From Deltaproteobacteria bacterium TL4 (lineage in GTDB: Bacteria > SAR324 > NAC60-12), in the NCBI GenBank assembly GCA_051382335.1, contig JBBCAX010000313.1:1-10204 (forward strand): a stretch of DNA of 10,204 nucleotides. The letters run 5' to 3'. The notes beneath the pieces were generated by a model, which worked only from the letters and a program-made list of their open reading frames with translations, did no database searches and was not told where the DNA came from. Made by a program: the position numbers and the translations under genes. Of this stretch, positions 6,134 through 10,204 are shown piece after piece. Within the stretch, counting starts at the first letter, position 1; each line of letters starts with the position of its first letter.

Positions 6134-6664
6134 ATGAGTTACGGTGACTCCTTAAGCAAAAAAGACTGGGGTACTTTACAATTTGCTCCTTTCTGGGTTT
6201 TTGATCTGGTCGCACGTGCCGGTGATAACGAAATTGACAGAGGCGAACAAAAAACGTTACATGAAATTGTTCGTAATTCTGTTACCTACCAAAACGATTT
6301 GGTCCGCAAAATCCTGGCCTATATTAATGCTGATTTTGATAAACTGTTGTCCGCGTGTAAAGTTGATGCCAGAAAAGCGGTTGATGGTTTGAAAGAAGTG
6401 GCACAGATTGTTGAGACCTCCGCACCTAAAGACGTCAAGATGTTCAAAGTGTATATGTTTGTGATCGGCTATAAAATAGCGGCCTCTCCGGGGTTCTTGG
6501 GAGTAAAAAAGAAAGTGCGGCTGGAAGAGATAAAAGCGTTGGATGAAATCTGTAAAATATTTCAGTTTACACAAAAGGAATTGAAATATGCGATCTCTCT
6601 CGTCGGAGAGGATAACCCTGATGAACTGGAAGCCTCCTTCAAGAATTGGAAAGCTAAAGTGTAG
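6134..6664 (+). CDS. Hypothetical protein, TerB-like helical family
   Basis: 176-aa ORF with TerB-like motifs VARAGDNEIDRGE (cf. VAxADGxIDxxE) and KIAASPGFLG..KKVRLEEIKALDEI (cf. AEASGGFLG..ISxxE). Confidence 0.6.
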   Translation: MSYGDSLSKKDWGTLQFAPFWVFDLVARAGDNEIDRGEQKTLHEIVRNSVTYQNDLVRKILAYINADFDKLLSACKVDARKAVDGLKEVAQIVETSAPKDVKMFKVYMFVIGYKIAASPGFLGVKKKVRLEEIKALDEICKIFQFTQKELKYAISLVGEDNPDELEASFKNWKAKV

Positions 6665-6839
6665 TTTTCAGAGACTGACTGCTTTTCAAAAAAACGTTTG
6701 GAGTGCCCCTATTGAGGTACACGCTAAGCCTTAAATAAACCATTGGGATGGTAGGAGTCATTAAATTTTATTGGGGGTGTTCACTTCGTTGAGTCACACT
6801 CTATTGATGTTCATTGGCAAAAAGACTTTTAAGAGCATT

Positions 6840-8207
6840 ATGTTAGATAGCTTTCCTCATGTACTAAGGCGTTATGGTTTGGATGTAGATGTCCGCGTGT
6901 TACTGGAATTATTTAAAACCATGGAAATGGGCCTGGTTTCAAATTTAGGATCGCTGTTTGATGTAGGCCAACATTTAATCGTGAAAGCAAGGCGTGATAT
7001 CGCCCCTTATACCATGGCCTTTTGGGATTATTTTCTGGGCATTGAAGTCGCTCAATACCGAACCGTTGACGAAGCCATCCACCGTTCTTCCGCCTTTGAA
7101 CAATGGTATAGTCAAAAGCTGGAAACGGGTCAAATCGAGCAAGAGGTGGACCGAAAAAAGCTTGTGGATCAATTTCTCAACGAGGTACTGCAATCAGACT
7201 TACGAGCCAATATCCAAAAAGAACTCGATGCGCGGGAACTGTTGGATAAAGATAATCCTGACAGGGCCGACCAGCCTGATGATGGTTCGCGAAGACCTCC
7301 TAAAATGAATGAAAATAGGGTGGACTATGCTCAGATTCCTCTGGAAGAACTGATGGAGCGGATGAAGAAAGTTGCGGCGCAACAGAAATCACCACATCAT
7401 GGGGGAAGCCACTGGATTGGAACGCATGGCGTCTCTCCCTATGGGCATTCAGGACACGGCCTTAATGGAATCCGTGTTGGAGGCGCAAGTTATGCGGGTT
7501 CGGCACGTAAGGTGTTAGCAGACCCCCAGTACTTTCACGTTGATACCGATGCCCATTTGACCGATGATAACATGGATGTCGCGTTTCAGGCTTTAAAACA
7601 TGTGGTCGATCATCACCTGGAAACAAAACTGGATGTGGAAAAAACCGTTCAAAATACAGGAAAAAACGCGGGTATTTTATTTCCTTACTTTAAAAAAGAA
7701 AAACAAGATCTGACTCAAGTGATGCTTCTTCTGGATAATGGCGGAAACTCGATGGTGATGCATACCCGTCAAATTCAACGTCTTTTTTCAAAAATAAAAC
7801 GTCGCTTTACACATGACCTGAAAACTTATTACTTTCACAATACGATTTATGATCAGGTTTATGAGGATGAATCACGGAGAACTTCTGTCGCACTGGGGAA
7901 ATTGCTGGAACACACACCTGATTTTAAAGTATTCATTGTTGGAGACGCGCACATGGGACCGCATGAGGTGTTTTCTCCTTATGGCGCCATTGAACACCGG
8001 GAAGAATCCAAAACACCCAGCATTGAAAATTTACAAGCGCTCCGACAACACTTCCCGCATATGGTCTGGATCAACCCTATTGATCAAAAATACTGGTCTC
8101 ATACGGTGGCCTCAGTAATTCAGAAAATTATTCCAATGGAACCCTTGACGATTCATGGAATCGTCAAGGCCGTTCAACACATGAACTCCAAGCTGATTTT
8201 TTCATGA
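6840..8207 (+). CDS. VWA domain-containing protein (CoxE-like/COG3825 type, normally the partner of a MoxR AAA+ ATPase)
   Basis: HHGGSHWIGTHGVSPYG (family HxGGxxWIGTxGxSPxG), MIDAS-like LLLDNGGNSM, YYFHNTIYD, IVGDAHMGP, VWINP. ATG 6840 (MLDSFPHVLRRYGLDV) fits the family N-terminus better than TTG 6771. Confidence 0.8.
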   Translation: MLDSFPHVLRRYGLDVDVRVLLELFKTMEMGLVSNLGSLFDVGQHLIVKARRDIAPYTMAFWDYFLGIEVAQYRTVDEAIHRSSAFEQWYSQKLETGQIEQEVDRKKLVDQFLNEVLQSDLRANIQKELDARELLDKDNPDRADQPDDGSRRPPKMNENRVDYAQIPLEELMERMKKVAAQQKSPHHGGSHWIGTHGVSPYGHSGHGLNGIRVGGASYAGSARKVLADPQYFHVDTDAHLTDDNMDVAFQALKHVVDHHLETKLDVEKTVQNTGKNAGILFPYFKKEKQDLTQVMLLLDNGGNSMVMHTRQIQRLFSKIKRRFTHDLKTYYFHNTIYDQVYEDESRRTSVALGKLLEHTPDFKVFIVGDAHMGPHEVFSPYGAIEHREESKTPSIENLQALRQHFPHMVWINPIDQKYWSHTVASVIQKIIPMEPLTIHGIVKAVQHMNSKLIFS

Positions 8208-9940
8208 AAAAACCATCCTCCCGCTTCACTCCGGAGTCGGTAATTCTTCCTGAAGGGATTCGTCCGTTATCCAGCAAAAGCATTGAAAGCCTTGTCGAAG
8301 AATTGACTTCTTTACGTGCGGGACATGAGGAATTTGATTCCATCAGTGTGGATAATGCCATTCGTTTTTGTGAAAAACTGGACCTTGCTTTTGAAGACAT
8401 GCCACCGGAGGCTCGGGAACTGCTCATCCAAAATTATGAATTTTTTGAATCACAATACCAACTTACGCTTTTTTTGAAGTTTATCTTTCATGGAAAACTC
8501 GAAAATAAGGAAATTGTCTTCCGACACCTGTTTAAAAAATTATACGCGTCCTACTCCGTTTCCAAGTGTATCCTCGCGACCAAAACCTTGTTTGAAGATC
8601 AAACCATGGAAGAGCAGGTGGAGTATGAGCTTAAAGCGTTGATCGACACCATTACTCAAAGTTTTATTGAGATGCTTCCTCCCTCCTTGCTCGCCTCAAA
8701 AGAACCACGTTCCCTCCTGTGGCTCAACCAAATAATAGCACAGGAAGGCGCGATCTTTATTGAAGATGAAATCTCTTATGGCCAATTTGTCCGAGGCTTT
8801 ACGGATCTTCTGTATAATATCATCAGTCATGAGAAGCTCCCCTTCTACTTAAAGTGGAGAGATGAATATCTGAAGTACTGGTTGGTTACTATTTTGAGAG
8901 AAGAAGATCACCTGCAAGGAAAACTCATTCCCGAACTCAGTCAATTGAAAGCAGAAATTTATACAAGATATATCAGTTGGACTAAAATTTCCAAAAGACT
9001 TAACGCAAATTTACGTCACAAAGATACGTTTGATTCCGATATGACCCAACGTGCGGAAACGTTACTTCTGGGACGCTTGCCTTCTCAAATACTTGCTGAA
9101 ATTATTCTGAAAATACGTGAGATGATGCAACGGGAGGAATGCGAGGAGGTGGATCTTGGCTTTGAAGACAGATATGTGTCGGAAAATCGGATGTACGCTC
9201 ACATCATTGACGCTGTAAAACAAGATACGCTTAAAATTGCGCCCGAAGCGGCATCCTGGTTAGAAAATATGGTGAACTCCATGAAACAGATGTTTCATCT
9301 TCCACAGGATTTACCTGGCGCTGAAAATCACGAAATTCTTTTAAAGGAAAGAATTTTTCCAGAGCGGTTCATTGCTCCCGTGTCCACTTCAAAACCTGGT
9401 TTCGGACGTCATTTCCCGGAAGACTATGATGTTCAAATCCCTAAATATTTTAGAGTTTTTTTTAGTACTTACCGACAAAGTGTGAATGTTGAGTTTGATT
9501 TATTTGTTCGAGAATTACTGGACTACTACGAACAAACACAACCTAATATCCTGACTCAAACCCTACACCAACATACGCTGCCCAAAACGGGGAATAAGCT
9601 GGAGTTTATCGAAAAAAATATGGTACTGCCGCTCTCCGGACAAAACCTTTTAATGCTGGGTTCTACGTGTTTTATGAGACCCGGAGAAACCAATTGGAGT
9701 TCCGCTGAGCCTCAGTCCTATTTCCTCTTTTTTACCCCCCTTAAAACAACACCTCCCACAGAAACATTAAAATATAACAACAAGGTCTATCACAAAATTT
9801 CCTTAGATCAACTGGGGTTGCACAAAAAAGAAATTTTTAGCGGATTTTTGGAAATTCTGGATAGTTTACCGGACTCTCATCGCTCTAAAGAACCGATGCA
9901 AAAGCTCATCCAGACTTGTCACGAAAATAGGGACTCCTAG
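8204..9940 (+). CDS. Hypothetical 578-aa protein, predicted largely helical and cytoplasmic
   Basis: Long ORF with ATGA overlap to the VWA gene; no signal peptide, TM segment or catalytic motif recognised. Confidence 0.8.
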   Translation: MKKPSSRFTPESVILPEGIRPLSSKSIESLVEELTSLRAGHEEFDSISVDNAIRFCEKLDLAFEDMPPEARELLIQNYEFFESQYQLTLFLKFIFHGKLENKEIVFRHLFKKLYASYSVSKCILATKTLFEDQTMEEQVEYELKALIDTITQSFIEMLPPSLLASKEPRSLLWLNQIIAQEGAIFIEDEISYGQFVRGFTDLLYNIISHEKLPFYLKWRDEYLKYWLVTILREEDHLQGKLIPELSQLKAEIYTRYISWTKISKRLNANLRHKDTFDSDMTQRAETLLLGRLPSQILAEIILKIREMMQREECEEVDLGFEDRYVSENRMYAHIIDAVKQDTLKIAPEAASWLENMVNSMKQMFHLPQDLPGAENHEILLKERIFPERFIAPVSTSKPGFGRHFPEDYDVQIPKYFRVFFSTYRQSVNVEFDLFVRELLDYYEQTQPNILTQTLHQHTLPKTGNKLEFIEKNMVLPLSGQNLLMLGSTCFMRPGETNWSSAEPQSYFLFFTPLKTTPPTETLKYNNKVYHKISLDQLGLHKKEIFSGFLEILDSLPDSHRSKEPMQKLIQTCHENRDS

Positions 9941-9956
9941 ACGTTATTCCCCGCCT

Positions 9957-10005
9957 TTTCCCAGCGATAAATCGCTGGGAAATTTTCATAAGGTCCCTCC
10001 GTGAC
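9957..10005. repeat. Perfect palindrome (REP-like and/or bidirectional terminator) with a degenerate second mini-hairpin
   Basis: TTTCCCAGCGAT-AA-ATCGCTGGGAAA (9957-9982) followed by TTTT, then GTCCCTCCGTGAC (9993-10005). Confidence 0.6.
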
Positions 10006-10043
10006 GGCAAAAAATGGTAGGAACCCCATGGACTCTGACATAT

Positions 10044-10066
10044 AGACGTTCACTTAAATAAATTCA
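10044..10066 (+). mobile_element. TIR-like end of an IS/MITE extending rightward
   Basis: AGACGTTCACTTAAATAAATTCA is 20/23 identical to the reverse complement of 80-102. Confidence 0.55.
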
Positions 10067-10082
10067 TTTGAGTCTAACCTAG

Positions 10083-10204
10083 TACATAGTCAGCTTTTAT
10101 TTTTCGGGTTCGGTAGGCTGGGATTACATGCCCAGCTTTTGCGAACGTTGTTTTTATCGGGCACGTAGTCCCGATCTACCACAAATTTAAAGGCTGACAG
10201 TGTA
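10083..10204. mobile_element. 122-bp MITE-like unit containing an inverted GTAG-REP doublet (REPIN-like)
   Basis: 17-bp imperfect inverted repeats at 10083-10099 and 10188-10204 (14/17). REP1 is GTAG-GCTGGG-ATTACATG-CCCAGC (10113-10136); REP2 on the minus strand is GTAG-ATCGGG-ACTACGTG-CCCGAT (10156-10179). Confidence 0.7.

Noticed and set aside
6771..6839. TTG start at 6771 for the VWA gene
   Set aside because: AGGAG lies 13 nt away and the extra 23 aa do not resemble the family N-terminus; ATG 6840 is preferred, though not proven.
2711..8427. Other short overlapping ORFs in the track (2711, 3169, 3386, 4816, 4964, 5635, 5687, 6183, 6257, 6975, 6994, 7200, 7849, 8164)
   Set aside because: All lie within or antisense to well-supported CDSs and show no recognisable motifs.
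9938..10050. TAGACGTT 8-mer repeated at 9938 and 10043 as a target-site duplication
   Set aside because: Short, overlaps the TIR-like motif itself, and could be chance; not supportable without an empty-site allele.

Overview
Bacterial (deltaproteobacteria-like in character; taxonomy not determinable from sequence alone) 10.2-kb window. The core is a translationally coupled operon (ATGA overlaps) of a KamA-family PLP/radical-SAM 2,3-aminomutase, a Ddl-like ATP-grasp ligase and a second Ddl-like ATP-grasp ligase fused to a GNAT acetyltransferase. It lies behind a sigma70-like promoter and a multi-stem 5' leader, and looks like an uncharacterised pathway for an acetylated, beta-amino-acid-containing small peptide. 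Upstream are a secreted peptidoglycan-binding protein with an 18-nt VNTR under a sigma54-type promoter, a 58-aa single-TM ORF missing from the ORF track, and a TPR-like gene truncated by an insertion. Downstream are a TerB-like protein, a CoxE/COG3825-type VWA protein and a coupled 578-aa unknown protein. Both window ends carry a related 23-bp outward-facing TIR-like motif followed by REP-type palindrome doublets, suggesting MITE/REP composite elements at probable contig ends.
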